The notes under the pieces were generated by a model. It ran no database searches. It saw only the letters and a list, made by a program, of their open reading frames with translations, and was not told where the DNA came from. From positions 1-64,000 of the IMG/VR virus record IMGVR_UViG_3300027806_000001: a stretch of 64,000 nt of DNA; one strand, given 5' to 3'. The first letter of the stretch is position 1. Every line of letters begins with the position of its first letter. The DNA comes from a virus. This document shows positions 19,785-28,994 of this stretch, piece by piece. Made by a program: the position numbers and the translations under genes.

Positions 19785-20121
19785 CGAACAGGGCCTTCCA
19801 CTCCTCGACGAGGGCTTGGTCCGACTGCAGCCTGGAGACGGGCTCCTCCGGCTGCCGCATGTCCATCCTCGCGACGTAGACCTGGGTGGCGTTGTTGAAG
19901 GCGGTCTCGACGTCCCGGTAGATGCCCGCCGCGACCTGGGCCCGGGTGTTGTCCAGGTAGGCCTCGGCGACCGCCCTGTTGCGCAGCTCGAGCCTGTACG
20001 CGATCCTGACGTGCTCGGCAGCGATGCCGAGCCTGGACTTCACGTCATGCGGCCTGGAGAACAGCTGCCGCTCGTACGCATCGGTCAGGATGAGGGACCA
20101 GCGCCCCCATTTGTAAAAAAA
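19780..20121 (-). CDS. tail assembly chaperone GT extension, reached by -1 frameshift
   Basis: The -1 frame opens right after a TGA at the T7 run and continues YKWGRWSLILTDAYERQLFSRPHDVKSRLG... into track ORF 19780..20043. Confidence 0.75.
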   Translation of the reverse strand, partial: FFYKWGRWSLILTDAYERQLFSRPHDVKSRLGIAAEHVRIAYRLELRNRAVAEAYLDNTRAQVAAGIYRDVETAFNNATQVYVARMDMRQPEEPVSRLQSDQALVEEWKALFG

Positions 20122-20918
20122 TCAGGGTTGGCCGCCTCGCTCTGCATCTTGGCCATCTCGGAGTCGAACCGCTGGTACAGGAAGAACAGCATGTTGTACA
20201 GGGGGGCCGAGATGTCCGAGAACTTCTCGACGGCGGCCCACAGCACCCTCTGGCCGGGAACGGCCGGCAGGACGCTCTCGCGGAGCTGCATGCTGCCGTC
20301 CTTCTCCTTGACGTAGTAGGTGTCGCGCTTGGACTGGATGTCGTACATCGACAGCACCGAGTCCCAGCCCTGGCCGCGCATGGTCACGCCTTCCTTGGAG
20401 TGGAACTCCAGGCCGGTCAGCGAGCAGGCCATGCAGAAGCGCAGGTGGGCGCCGGCCACGGCCGTCATGCCGGCGTACGGCACGCGGCCGCTCTGGATGA
20501 CGATCGCCTCGGCGACGGCGTCCAGCTCCGCCATGTTCAGGGACTTGAAGGTCGCCTTGACCGAGCCTCCGAAGAGGTCGAAGCGCTTCGTGTAGGGGTC
20601 GCCCGAGAGGATGGCGCGCAGGAAGTTCTGGCGGTCCTCGTCGCTGACCTGGATCTGCGGCATCGAGGTCGTGGCGCCCAGGTTGTCCTTCAGGGCCTCC
20701 TGCACCTGCCTGAGGTTCTCCACGACGGCCTTGGCGGTGTCCGGCTTGGGCTCCTTGGCGGCGTCCGGCTTGGCCCCGGGCCTGAGGTCCGGAGGCAGGT
20801 CGTCGTCCGGGACCGGGGTCGCGGATTCAGGGGCCGGGGGATCCACCTCGACGAACTTCCCGGACTCGGAGAGCCGGTACGTCCTGCCTGGGGTCAACGG
20901 AGTGATGTCCTCGCTCAT
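20085..20918 (-). CDS. tail assembly chaperone G, 277 aa (start re-called)
   Basis: ATGA overlap at 20915-20918; ends ANPDFFTNGGAGPSS across the slippery site; upstream of the tape measure. Confidence 0.75.
   Translation of the reverse strand: MSEDITPLTPGRTYRLSESGKFVEVDPPAPESATPVPDDDLPPDLRPGAKPDAAKEPKPDTAKAVVENLRQVQEALKDNLGATTSMPQIQVSDEDRQNFLRAILSGDPYTKRFDLFGGSVKATFKSLNMAELDAVAEAIVIQSGRVPYAGMTAVAGAHLRFCMACSLTGLEFHSKEGVTMRGQGWDSVLSMYDIQSKRDTYYVKEKDGSMQLRESVLPAVPGQRVLWAAVEKFSDISAPLYNMLFFLYQRFDSEMAKMQSEAANPDFFTNGGAGPSS
20115..20121 (-). promoter_or_regulatory. -1 ribosomal frameshift slippery heptamer U UUU UUU
   Basis: Minus strand AAC CCT GAT TTT TTT ACA; possible hairpin GGGGGC-GCUG-GUCCCU 6 nt downstream (20093-20108). 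Confidence 0.75.
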
Positions 20919-23659
20919 GTCGTGCTCCTCACCTGGTTTCTGACCGGGATGGTGTACGCGCCCTCGAAGCTCGACGGCGCGCCGATCGGGGCCAGCGCCT
21001 GGCCGAACCCCTCGGACTTCAATCTTAGCTTCTCGTCGACCAGCCTGCCTTCCCCGGCTTGCAGCTGGGCGAACTTTCCCGCCAGGGCACGCGCGCCGGG
21101 CCAGAAGTAGGTCGCCGTCTCGCTGACGCCCGGGGGAGCGGCCCCGGCAGGCATGGATGGGTCGACCCCGCGCAGGATCATGGGGGTGCCGGCGCCCTGC
21201 AGCCGGTACTGCTGCTGCCACTCGCTCTCGAGCAGGGCGTACTGCGTCGAGTCCGGGATGCCGCGGTCAGGCGAGTCCGGGTAGCAGAAGGTCAGGTTGG
21301 CCAGGGACGACCTGGCCGTCTTGAGGACCGACCTGTCGAAGTCCTTGCCGGACGCGGCCGCAGCCTTGGTGACCTGCCCCAGCGCGGTCTGCTGCTGCGT
21401 GATGCCGGTCGTGACCGCCTCGAGCTGGCTGCCGATGCCTGCGGCGTCCAGGACCCCCACCGTCTGCTCCGGGCCGCTGAAGCCCGAGACCGCCGAGACG
21501 GACGTGGAGAAGATGGCGTCGCCCTTGACCCTCAGGGAGATGGTCGACGAGTTGGCCCCCGACGCCAGGATGGACTGGCCCTCGAAGAAGAACGACCCGC
21601 GGCTCTTCATGTAGACGCCGCCCTGGGTCAGGGACATCGACGTCGAGAGCTCGGGCCTGGCCCGGTCGCTGATGAAGGTCGTGGTGGCCGCCTCGAAGAC
21701 CGCCTGGGTGCCTGCGGCCGTGAGGGTTCCCGCGCCGGAGTCCAGGCGGACCGTGGCCGCGTCGGAGGCGTTGCCGGCGTAGACCTCGCGGCCCACCGCG
21801 TAGAAGCCCGACTCCCTGGCCTTGATCCAGACGCCTCCGTAGGCGTTGGCGTTGCTCCTGGGGGCCTTGAACCGCGGCGAGCCCGACTCGTTCTGGCCGG
21901 ACAGGATGGACCCCTGGGCCTTGGTCTCGAGCAGGATGCCGCCTGCGCCGTCGTTGCCGGACAGCACGGAGACGTTCCGGTCGGCATGGACGCGCACGTC
22001 GCCCTGGGTCGCCGCCAGCTCGACGTCGACTCCTCCGACGCACGACACGGACGCCCCGGCCACGACGGCCAGGTTGCGGCCGGGCCGCAGGGTGATGTCC
22101 CCGGGGCACGAGATGTCGATCGAGCCGGCGCGCATGCTGATGCAGCCGCCGTAGCCGTCCTGCAGGTGGACGGAGCCGTCGTCGTTCAACAGGACCATGG
22201 CCCGGCTGGCGTAGTACCTGGCGTCCTGGCCCTCGGAGATGCGCAGCAGGGCCACCTTGGGCAGCCTGGCGTGCATCCGCTGTTCGGAGACGTTCTCGGA
22301 GGCCGGCAGCATGCCGGAGGCGTCGATGCCGGGCTTCAGGCCGGCCAGGTCGACCTCCTCCATGCCCCAGACGGTCCAGTCGTCCTTGCGCACCTTGAAG
22401 TTGACCGTGGCGCGGTGGTTCCTGAAGGCGACCGAGTCGGACGAACTCGCCGCGTAGGCCAGGGCGGCGCCGTCCAGGTTCTCCTCGGCGCCTTCGATCT
22501 CGTAATCTGCCAGTTCTGGCACTATGGCGGCCCGGTCGGCCTCCAAGGTGACGGACTTGGCACCTCTGCTGTCGTCAGGACGCTTGAGCTCCCTGGGGAC
22601 CGGGATCAGGCAGTCCTTGACCAGGGCGATCGACTTGGCCGACACCACGGTGTAGGCGCCGGTGGCGTCCAGATGCTGGCGGAACACGCCGGCCTCGTCG
22701 GGCTCCTCGGCCTTGTCCGCAGTGCGCACCGCGGTCAGGGAGGGCACGGCCACGTAGGTGGAGCTCAGGTTGGGCAGGAAGCCGTCGAAGTCCAGCCGGC
22801 GCCACCAGCCCTGCTGCTCCGGCTCCTGCAGGGCGTAGACACCGGTGTCGTCCTTTTCCTCCGAGTCCGGCCCGCGGGGCGTGCCCGCCTTCAGCGGCAG
22901 GGCTCCGTACTGGTACGGGGCGCCCAGGGACTCGAGGACGTAGGGATTGCGCCGGCGGACCTCGGTGTAGTCGCCGCCGTCGGCGAACATGAGGGTCTCG
23001 GAGCCTGCCGTGGTCTGCTCGAAGTTGTAGGAGTTCAGCCGGACCAGGTCGTCGATGTAGTGGCACTCGATGGAGCAGCCGTAGCCCGAGACCAGGGAGG
23101 CGTGCAGGGCTCCCACCACCAGGCCGCACCCCAGCATGTTCACGGCGTGGTGGTCGCCAGCGTAGGCGTCCAGCATGTGGCCGTTGTTGAAGTTGACCAG
23201 CGGGGAGTTCAGCTGGCCCTGGTCCGAGATGGCGTCCTTGTAGGATCCCGCGGGCGATCCGGGGAACAGCTCGGGGATGCTGGGCAGCACGGTGGGTCCC
23301 ATGGGGTCCGGCAGCCGGCCCAGGATGACCGCCCGGCCAGGCCCCAGCTCGGGGGTGTGCATCACCATGACGGTGCTGCCGACGCCGTACATGGGGATGG
23401 ACCCCACTCCGCAGCCCAGGCCGATGCCCATCGGGCTCAGCGGCACGGCGAGCATGGGGGGCATGCCCTGGACCGACGTCAGGTAGCAGCCCAGCTGCTG
23501 GTTGATCTCCAGGACCTTGGCCACGAAGACCATGCTCGTGACCCGGCTGTTGTCGTGCAGCTCGGACCGCCGCTGGAGGTAGTCGTAGTGCCTGTCCAGG
23601 CCCAGCGGATGGCCTGCCGAGGACGATCGTACCGTGGAGTTGGGATTGGGGATGGCCAT
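20915..23659 (-). CDS. central spike protein (T4 gp5 / VgrG-like), 914 aa
   Basis: OB-fold-like N-terminus (VAKVLEIN...IPMYGVGSTVMVM...AVILGRLP) followed by beta-helix-like repeats (VLLNDDGSVHLQDGYGGCISMRAGSIDIS). Confidence 0.7.
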   Translation of the reverse strand: MAIPNPNSTVRSSSAGHPLGLDRHYDYLQRRSELHDNSRVTSMVFVAKVLEINQQLGCYLTSVQGMPPMLAVPLSPMGIGLGCGVGSIPMYGVGSTVMVMHTPELGPGRAVILGRLPDPMGPTVLPSIPELFPGSPAGSYKDAISDQGQLNSPLVNFNNGHMLDAYAGDHHAVNMLGCGLVVGALHASLVSGYGCSIECHYIDDLVRLNSYNFEQTTAGSETLMFADGGDYTEVRRRNPYVLESLGAPYQYGALPLKAGTPRGPDSEEKDDTGVYALQEPEQQGWWRRLDFDGFLPNLSSTYVAVPSLTAVRTADKAEEPDEAGVFRQHLDATGAYTVVSAKSIALVKDCLIPVPRELKRPDDSRGAKSVTLEADRAAIVPELADYEIEGAEENLDGAALAYAASSSDSVAFRNHRATVNFKVRKDDWTVWGMEEVDLAGLKPGIDASGMLPASENVSEQRMHARLPKVALLRISEGQDARYYASRAMVLLNDDGSVHLQDGYGGCISMRAGSIDISCPGDITLRPGRNLAVVAGASVSCVGGVDVELAATQGDVRVHADRNVSVLSGNDGAGGILLETKAQGSILSGQNESGSPRFKAPRSNANAYGGVWIKARESGFYAVGREVYAGNASDAATVRLDSGAGTLTAAGTQAVFEAATTTFISDRARPELSTSMSLTQGGVYMKSRGSFFFEGQSILASGANSSTISLRVKGDAIFSTSVSAVSGFSGPEQTVGVLDAAGIGSQLEAVTTGITQQQTALGQVTKAAAASGKDFDRSVLKTARSSLANLTFCYPDSPDRGIPDSTQYALLESEWQQQYRLQGAGTPMILRGVDPSMPAGAAPPGVSETATYFWPGARALAGKFAQLQAGEGRLVDEKLRLKSEGFGQALAPIGAPSSFEGAYTIPVRNQVRSTT

Positions 23660-23668
23660 AAGCAGACC

Positions 23669-23694
23669 GGGCTCCGGAGGTCAGTCCGGAGCCC
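23669..23694 (-). terminator. perfect 10-bp hairpin between tube and spike genes
   Basis: GGGCTCCGGA-6nt-TCCGGAGCCC; no U-tract; ends 9 nt before the spike ATG. Confidence 0.45.
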
Positions 23695-23722
23695 AGTATA
23701 GTGACACGGAAGGAGGTGGGCC

Positions 23723-24193
23723 TTACTGGAGCTCCATCGTCGCGAACCGCATGGCGCAGTTCTCGGCGATGAGGGCGGTGTCGACGTTCATGCTGATGCC
23801 GACCTGCACGACGACCGGCTCGCGGATCGTGATGGTCTTGCTGCCGACCGCGGTGCTCGAGCAGCCGCCGAGCCCCTGGAGCTCCATGGCGGTGCCCTTC
23901 ACCTTGCAGACGTCGCCGAAGGTCTTGTAGAACTGGGTCAGGATGCCGGACGAGCCCACCATCTTGCCCATCGAGATGCTGCCCTCGGTGCGGCCTGCGA
24001 TGTAGTAGACGTCGTCCGCCTTGGCCAGGTCGTAGACGAAGCTGATCTGCTGCTGGTAGGCGATCTGCACGTTCTGGACGAGGAGACCGCTGCTGCTCAG
24101 GCCGGGGACGCTGGGAAACTGGATCGTGGCCTTGTCGACGCTGAAGGCGCCGGCCACGTTGCGGGGAGTCTTGTTGAAGATTTCGGTCGCCAT
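23723..24193 (-). CDS. tail tube protein, 156 aa
   Basis: Follows the sheath; size and beta-rich pattern fit a contractile-tail tube. Confidence 0.8.
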   Translation of the reverse strand: MATEIFNKTPRNVAGAFSVDKATIQFPSVPGLSSSGLLVQNVQIAYQQQISFVYDLAKADDVYYIAGRTEGSISMGKMVGSSGILTQFYKTFGDVCKVKGTAMELQGLGGCSSTAVGSKTITIREPVVVQVGISMNVDTALIAENCAMRFATMELQ

Positions 24194-24206
24194 CTAGGGG
24201 TTCCTC

Positions 24207-27020
24207 TCAGATTACGAGCGTGATGTCGATGATGTTCATCGGGAGCGGGACCTCGATCTGGATCTTGACGACCAGGGTGTCCTTGGCTGTCGCCGGGACG
24301 GTCACCGACACCAGGGTGTAGGAGAGCAGCTGGGGACCGGTCGTGACCGCGCCGTTGGTCGCCGTGAACTGGCCGAGGATCTGGCGGATGGTCGCCTCGA
24401 CCAGGCCGCGGGTGCCCTCGGTGATGTTCACGCGGCCGACCAGGTTGCGCAGGCCGTCGGCCAGGGCGAACGCGATCGAGTCGACGTTGGTCGTGACCGA
24501 CTGCTCCTTGCGGTAGATGTCGAGGGTCGAGGTCGACAGCTGGCGCTCGGAGTAGATGCGGCCGTCGTCGCCCTTGCGGACGACCCAGACGCCGCCGTCG
24601 CGGAGGATGTCGAGGTCCGGCTCGTCGAAGAGCTGGTCGACGGTCGTGAGGCCGTCGAAGCCGACGAGCTCCACGTTCGAGAGGGGCTGCTGCGGCACCG
24701 AGCCGGAGCGGAGGCCTGCGAAGGCGCAGGCGACGTACCAGTTGCGGACCGGCACGCCGTCGACGCGGAGGCCGTCGATGCCGCGGTCGGGGACGACCGC
24801 GTAGACGCGCTCCGACGAGAACCCGCCGGCGACCTGGACGTACTTCTGCGCCAGGGCTGCCGACGTGAGGTCGCGGTAGACCTCGATGCGGTCCTGGTTG
24901 ATGAGAGGGTCGGTGGTCGTGTTCAGGAGCAGCGTAGAGTTGTCAAGCACCGCGGCGACCTTGTACTCGACGTAGGTCGAATTGCCGAACTTGTCGAAGG
25001 AGATCTGGGTGCGGACGAAGTCTCCGGGCTGGACGGTCTGCGTGAAGTTAGCCGAGGACACGCCTCCAAGGGCGGTCCTGGCCGCCAGCTGGTACTTGCC
25101 GCTGCCGTGCAGGGACGACACGCCGAAGATGTCGGCGTTGAAGATGTCCTTGTCGAGGGACTTGAAGTGCTGCTCGACCTCGGGTGCGAACCAGAAGATG
25201 CGGAACCGGCCGACGGTCGGATCCGACTCGTCCTTCACATGGCCGGCGAAGGCCGACCAGATCTCGGACGAGGTCGTCAGCGGGACGAGGCCGTAGCAGT
25301 TGCGGTTGCCTTGGGCGAGAGCGAGGGCGTCGGCGAACCCGCGGTAGCCGTTGAGCTCCTGCGAGACGGTGCCGATGTAGTGGACCGTGGCGCCGTTGGC
25401 GTTGGACCAGGCCTTGTAGACGCCGTAGGCCAGGGGATTGTCGGGATCGATCGTGCCGAGCTGGGTGGTGATGTCCGAGAGGGACAGCACCGAGCCGACC
25501 TCGCGGGGGAGCTCGCGGAAGGCCCGGTACTCGAGGTAGAACTTGCCGGCGGTGAGGTTACCCTCGGCGATGCCGGTGACGGCAGGGTCGCTGACCCTGA
25601 TCGAGTTCTCGATGACCAGCTTTCGAAGGTCGGAATCGGAGCCGTTGGTGATCGACCAGTTCGGAGTCGACGCATTCGCCCAGTACTTGGGCAGCAGCAG
25701 GCTGCCGACCTTCTTCGAGAGCCGGACGTAGGTCACCGCGATTCCGAGACCAGTGGAGGGGGTGGGGTCGGCGAAGACCACCTTGTCAAGGTAGGGCACC
25801 GACGCCCCGGTGAGGGTGATCGTGAAGAACTCGCCCTTGACGAAGCCCTTAGCCTTGGTCGCATCGGTCGTGGTCCAGTTGAGCGACAGGTTGTAGCTGC
25901 CGAACGGCACCGCGGCGCCGGTCGGACCGACGGTGATGGTGCTGACGATGTCGGCGCCGTTGGCGGTCGATACTCGGAACTTGGGCTGGAAGTCGGCCGT
26001 CGTGTTGCCCGTCGAGAAGCTGCCGCCGGCGATGCAGGTGAAGATGTAGGTCGTGGTCGGGGCCGTCGAGGTCGGAGTGCCGGTGAAGGTGAGGACCGAG
26101 CCGGCGAGCTGAGGGGTGTGGGCCGCGGCGTAGGTCATCGTGCCGGACAGGGCCGAGGTCAGGGTCGGAACCGAGGCGAAGGTGACGGTGAGCTGGTTGC
26201 CGCTGGGCAGCACAGCGACGCCGGTCGTTGCGACGCCCGTGAAGGTGCCGTCGTCGAGGCCGGTGTCGGAGGTGACCGTGAAGTTGATGGTCGAGGCGCT
26301 CGGCGTTCCGGTGATGGTGACCGTGTAGACCGTCGACTTCTTGCCCACCCGGCGAGGATCCGCGGCGTACTGCGCAGCGGTCGACAGGTAGTTGGTGGCG
26401 GAGAAGGTGAAGGTGACCGTGCTGAGGACGAGCGGCGAGGGGGCGGATGCGCTCTGACTGGTGCTCTGGCCGGAGGTGACCGGCGAGCCGAGCGAAGCCG
26501 ACACGACGCTGCCGTCGAAGCCCGTGACCGTGCTGGAGTGCGCAAGGCCGCTGCTGGTGTAGAGCTGGATGACGTCGCCGACGGCGACATCCTGAGGAAT
26601 GCTGGCGTGGCGGCCGGTGCCCTTCCAGGCGTTGTTGGCGACCAGGGTCAGCGAGTTGGACGAGGTGGCAAGGTTGCTGAACGTGCCGGCCAGGAGGAAT
26701 CCGGTGGGCGCCACGTGCGAATAGGTCAGGCTGGCGTCCTCGACGTAGACCTTGCAGTACGACTCGTCGAGCAACGAGGTGTAGTCGATGCTCGGAATCG
26801 AGTAGAGGAGATCGGCGGCTCGAAGTCGTGGGGTGGCCGTGTTGTCGACGGGATCAGACGCCAGGTCGGCGACCAGGCCCTTGGACTTCTCGCCAGACTG
26901 GCCGTAGCGGACGAGCTGAGCCGACGGGCCGACGATGCACGCCCTCAGCTGCTGGCTGACGACGTCAGGGGTGGCCTCGAATTCGCGGCGGACGATGACT
27001 GCGGGCTTGGGACTGGCCAT
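24207..27020 (-). CDS. tail sheath protein with large insertion, 937 aa
   Basis: C-terminal sheath motifs (LDILRDGGVWVV...IYSERQLST...SVTTNVDSIAFAL...LVGRVNIT); DPDNPLAYGV; precedes the tube. Confidence 0.85.
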   Translation of the reverse strand: MASPKPAVIVRREFEATPDVVSQQLRACIVGPSAQLVRYGQSGEKSKGLVADLASDPVDNTATPRLRAADLLYSIPSIDYTSLLDESYCKVYVEDASLTYSHVAPTGFLLAGTFSNLATSSNSLTLVANNAWKGTGRHASIPQDVAVGDVIQLYTSSGLAHSSTVTGFDGSVVSASLGSPVTSGQSTSQSASAPSPLVLSTVTFTFSATNYLSTAAQYAADPRRVGKKSTVYTVTITGTPSASTINFTVTSDTGLDDGTFTGVATTGVAVLPSGNQLTVTFASVPTLTSALSGTMTYAAAHTPQLAGSVLTFTGTPTSTAPTTTYIFTCIAGGSFSTGNTTADFQPKFRVSTANGADIVSTITVGPTGAAVPFGSYNLSLNWTTTDATKAKGFVKGEFFTITLTGASVPYLDKVVFADPTPSTGLGIAVTYVRLSKKVGSLLLPKYWANASTPNWSITNGSDSDLRKLVIENSIRVSDPAVTGIAEGNLTAGKFYLEYRAFRELPREVGSVLSLSDITTQLGTIDPDNPLAYGVYKAWSNANGATVHYIGTVSQELNGYRGFADALALAQGNRNCYGLVPLTTSSEIWSAFAGHVKDESDPTVGRFRIFWFAPEVEQHFKSLDKDIFNADIFGVSSLHGSGKYQLAARTALGGVSSANFTQTVQPGDFVRTQISFDKFGNSTYVEYKVAAVLDNSTLLLNTTTDPLINQDRIEVYRDLTSAALAQKYVQVAGGFSSERVYAVVPDRGIDGLRVDGVPVRNWYVACAFAGLRSGSVPQQPLSNVELVGFDGLTTVDQLFDEPDLDILRDGGVWVVRKGDDGRIYSERQLSTSTLDIYRKEQSVTTNVDSIAFALADGLRNLVGRVNITEGTRGLVEATIRQILGQFTATNGAVTTGPQLLSYTLVSVTVPATAKDTLVVKIQIEVPLPMNIIDITLVI

Positions 27021-27027
27021 GACTGGG

Positions 27028-27711
27028 TCATGCTCCTAGTTGGATAATCTCGGTTCCGGTGTCCTTCATTATAGCACTTACGACGATTTGCCTCAGGAGC
27101 CTCGAGACCGCAGGCTTCAGCTCCCAGGCGTAGACCATCTCGTAGGACACGACGATCTGGACGATGGCGTTCTCCGACTGCTCCTCGACCTCCTCGGGGG
27201 CGGACATGACGGGTACCTCCCAGCGGTCCACCCCGATCCACTCCCTCAGGAGGGGGCCGAAATGGCTCAGGTAGCCATGGACCTCCCGGGCGATCAGCTC
27301 GGCCTGGGAGACGGTCTTTCCGACCACCTTGACCGTATGGCTGCCCTTGATCCGCTTGTGGTAGAGGTCTCCGACCATCCCGCCGTCGCCGATGCCCATG
27401 CGACCCTCGGTCCACTGGCCGGCCTCGACCAGGATGGCCGGCCGGATGCCGTCCTTGGACAGGTCGAACTTGAATCCGTCCTCGATGACGAGCTGGTAGG
27501 GGGCCTTCAGGGGGTCCGAGGCCATCTCGGGGGCCCAGAAGTACCCCTCCAGCTGGGGGTGCATGATGTTCGAGGAGACGGAGAAGATCTGCCGGACGCA
27601 GTCCAGGATCACCCCCGTGAAGGCCAGCCTGTTCGGAAACTGGTTGCCCATCTCGGCGGTCTGCTGGAGGATCTCCGGCTTGTCGATCTCGGTGACGCCT
27701 GGTTCGGCCAT
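27028..27711 (-). CDS. putative tail terminator/completion protein, 227 aa
   Basis: Directly upstream of the sheath; RPAILVEAG...GSHTVKVVGKTVSQAELIA pattern fits tail terminator folds. Confidence 0.55.
   Translation of the reverse strand: MAEPGVTEIDKPEILQQTAEMGNQFPNRLAFTGVILDCVRQIFSVSSNIMHPQLEGYFWAPEMASDPLKAPYQLVIEDGFKFDLSKDGIRPAILVEAGQWTEGRMGIGDGGMVGDLYHKRIKGSHTVKVVGKTVSQAELIAREVHGYLSHFGPLLREWIGVDRWEVPVMSAPEEVEEQSENAIVQIVVSYEMVYAWELKPAVSRLLRQIVVSAIMKDTGTEIIQLGA
27068..27076 (-). promoter_or_regulatory. extended -10 TGCTATAAT upstream of the sheath gene
   Basis: Inside the 3' end of the upstream gene, 47 nt before the sheath ATG. Confidence 0.55.
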
Positions 27712-27717
27712 GGGCGG

Positions 27718-27725
27718 ATTATAGC
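27718..27725 (-). promoter_or_regulatory. -10 element GCTATAAT, 6 nt before ATG (leaderless geometry)
   Basis: Direct reading; no SD sequence present. Confidence 0.55.
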
Positions 27726-28057
27726 GCCGGAGGCCAGATCACCGCCTGAACGGCGTCGCAGGCCGCTGCGCGGGAGGATTCCTGCCCATCCCAGGTCACG
27801 GCCTCGACCTGCTGCTCGAGCAGATTGGACTGAGCGCGCACCTGGTCTATGTGGGCCTTCAGCGCAGCCGTCTCGGCCGGCGGCAGCAGGCCCAATGCGG
27901 CGTTCATCTGGCGGTACTCCGGAGCCGCGGCCAGGATGCGGCGCCGGGCCTCGGCCCGGATGGCCGCCAGCTGAAACTCCTTCACGCCGGCGAAATCCCG
28001 GTCGTCGACGATCTCGACGGTCCCGTCCAAGGCGTGGTTGATCTCTCGGAAGATCAT
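27719..28057 (-). CDS. putative fibre assembly chaperone, 112 aa (start re-called)
   Basis: ATGA overlap at 28054-28057; AAIRAEARRRILA...ACDAVQAVIW resembles small chaperones that follow fibre genes. Confidence 0.55.
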   Translation of the reverse strand: MIFREINHALDGTVEIVDDRDFAGVKEFQLAAIRAEARRRILAAAPEYRQMNAALGLLPPAETAALKAHIDQVRAQSNLLEQQVEAVTWDGQESSRAAACDAVQAVIWPPAL

Positions 28058-28818
28058 AGGAAGCTCACGCAGATGCCTGGAATGCTGTTTCCGCCGGCCC
28101 GCATCCTGGGAGTCCCGATGGAGGTGGGCAGGGCGTAGCTGCCGGCGTCGACGTAAAGGGCCTGCAGCCCCTCGCCAAGCGAGTAGAAGTCCACCATGCC
28201 CAGCTTGCGCATGTTTCCGGTGGCGCTGGAGTAGCAGTGAACGCTGGGGGTGGCGCTGAAAACAGCGGCAAGCCAGTACCATCCGCGGTCAGGTAGGGTG
28301 TAGTTCAAGGTCACGTTCTGGTACGTAAACCCGCCTGTGAAGACCGCGGTGCTGGCGGTCTGGGCGAGCCTCGTGCCGGGGCCGTATGCTCCGTCGTTGG
28401 CATAGACGCCCAGCGTGAAGTTGCTGGCCGGATTCACCGCAGCCGTGACTATCTGGATCTTGTCGATCGTGCGTCCTATTTCCTCGACGTGAATAGGGAC
28501 CAGGTACACCCTGTTGGCGACCGCATTGGTGGTTCCGCCGGCAAGAATGTTGTTCTCATGGGTGTAGAAGACCGTCTTGCCGGTCAGGACAGTACCGTTC
28601 TGGTCGTAGGTGGCGTTGGTGTCGGTGATGATCTTCGGCCTGGTGCCGGACAGGCCGGAATGGGCCGACAGCAGGACCACCTGGCCGGACGAGTTCTTGG
28701 AGTACAGCCTGCGGTCGGCCAGGTTGACGGCCAGCTCGCCCTGCAGGACCTCGACCGGGTCGGGCACCAGGCCCGCCGTCGATGACTGCCTGAGGATGAC
28801 GCTGTTGAACTCGGGCAT
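28054..28818 (-). CDS. short fibre/appendage protein with Mtd-N-like N-terminus, 254 aa
   Basis: ILRQSSTAGLVP...LQGELAVNLADRRLY N-terminus; jelly-roll-like C-terminus. Confidence 0.6.
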   Translation of the reverse strand: MPEFNSVILRQSSTAGLVPDPVEVLQGELAVNLADRRLYSKNSSGQVVLLSAHSGLSGTRPKIITDTNATYDQNGTVLTGKTVFYTHENNILAGGTTNAVANRVYLVPIHVEEIGRTIDKIQIVTAAVNPASNFTLGVYANDGAYGPGTRLAQTASTAVFTGGFTYQNVTLNYTLPDRGWYWLAAVFSATPSVHCYSSATGNMRKLGMVDFYSLGEGLQALYVDAGSYALPTSIGTPRMRAGGNSIPGICVSFL

Positions 28819-28829
28819 GGACTACCTGA

Positions 28830-28991
28830 TCAGTACCAGGTTCCGGACGGCCTGATGAACGGCGTGGCGAGCTTCCAGACGCCGCCGTCCTTGAAGTAGA
28901 CCGTAGCAAGCTGCCAGGCCCCCGACACCTTGATGTAGGCCAGGGTGCCTGCCGGAGGCGCGCCCTGGTTGGACAGAATGGTCAGGAACAC
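28830..28991 (-). CDS. 53-aa peptide with repeated aromatic-x-K/R-x-x-G-x-W units
   Basis: Not in the track. GTG at 28991; MFLTILSNQGAPPAGTLAYIKVSGAWQLATVYFKDGGVWKLATPFIRPSGTWY. Confidence 0.65.
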   Translation of the reverse strand: MFLTILSNQGAPPAGTLAYIKVSGAWQLATVYFKDGGVWKLATPFIRPSGTWY

Positions 28992-28994
28992 GGA

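Noticed and set aside
23695-23702. TATACT before the spike gene (also TACAAT at 44518-44523)
   Set aside because: Both lack the G at -14 shared by the other 12 sites, so they were left out of the motif count. They could still be weak promoters.
9181-27711. Extracellular contractile injection system or T6SS-like locus
   Set aside because: Contiguous with neck, capsid, scaffold and protease genes, so a complete phage virion module is the simpler reading.
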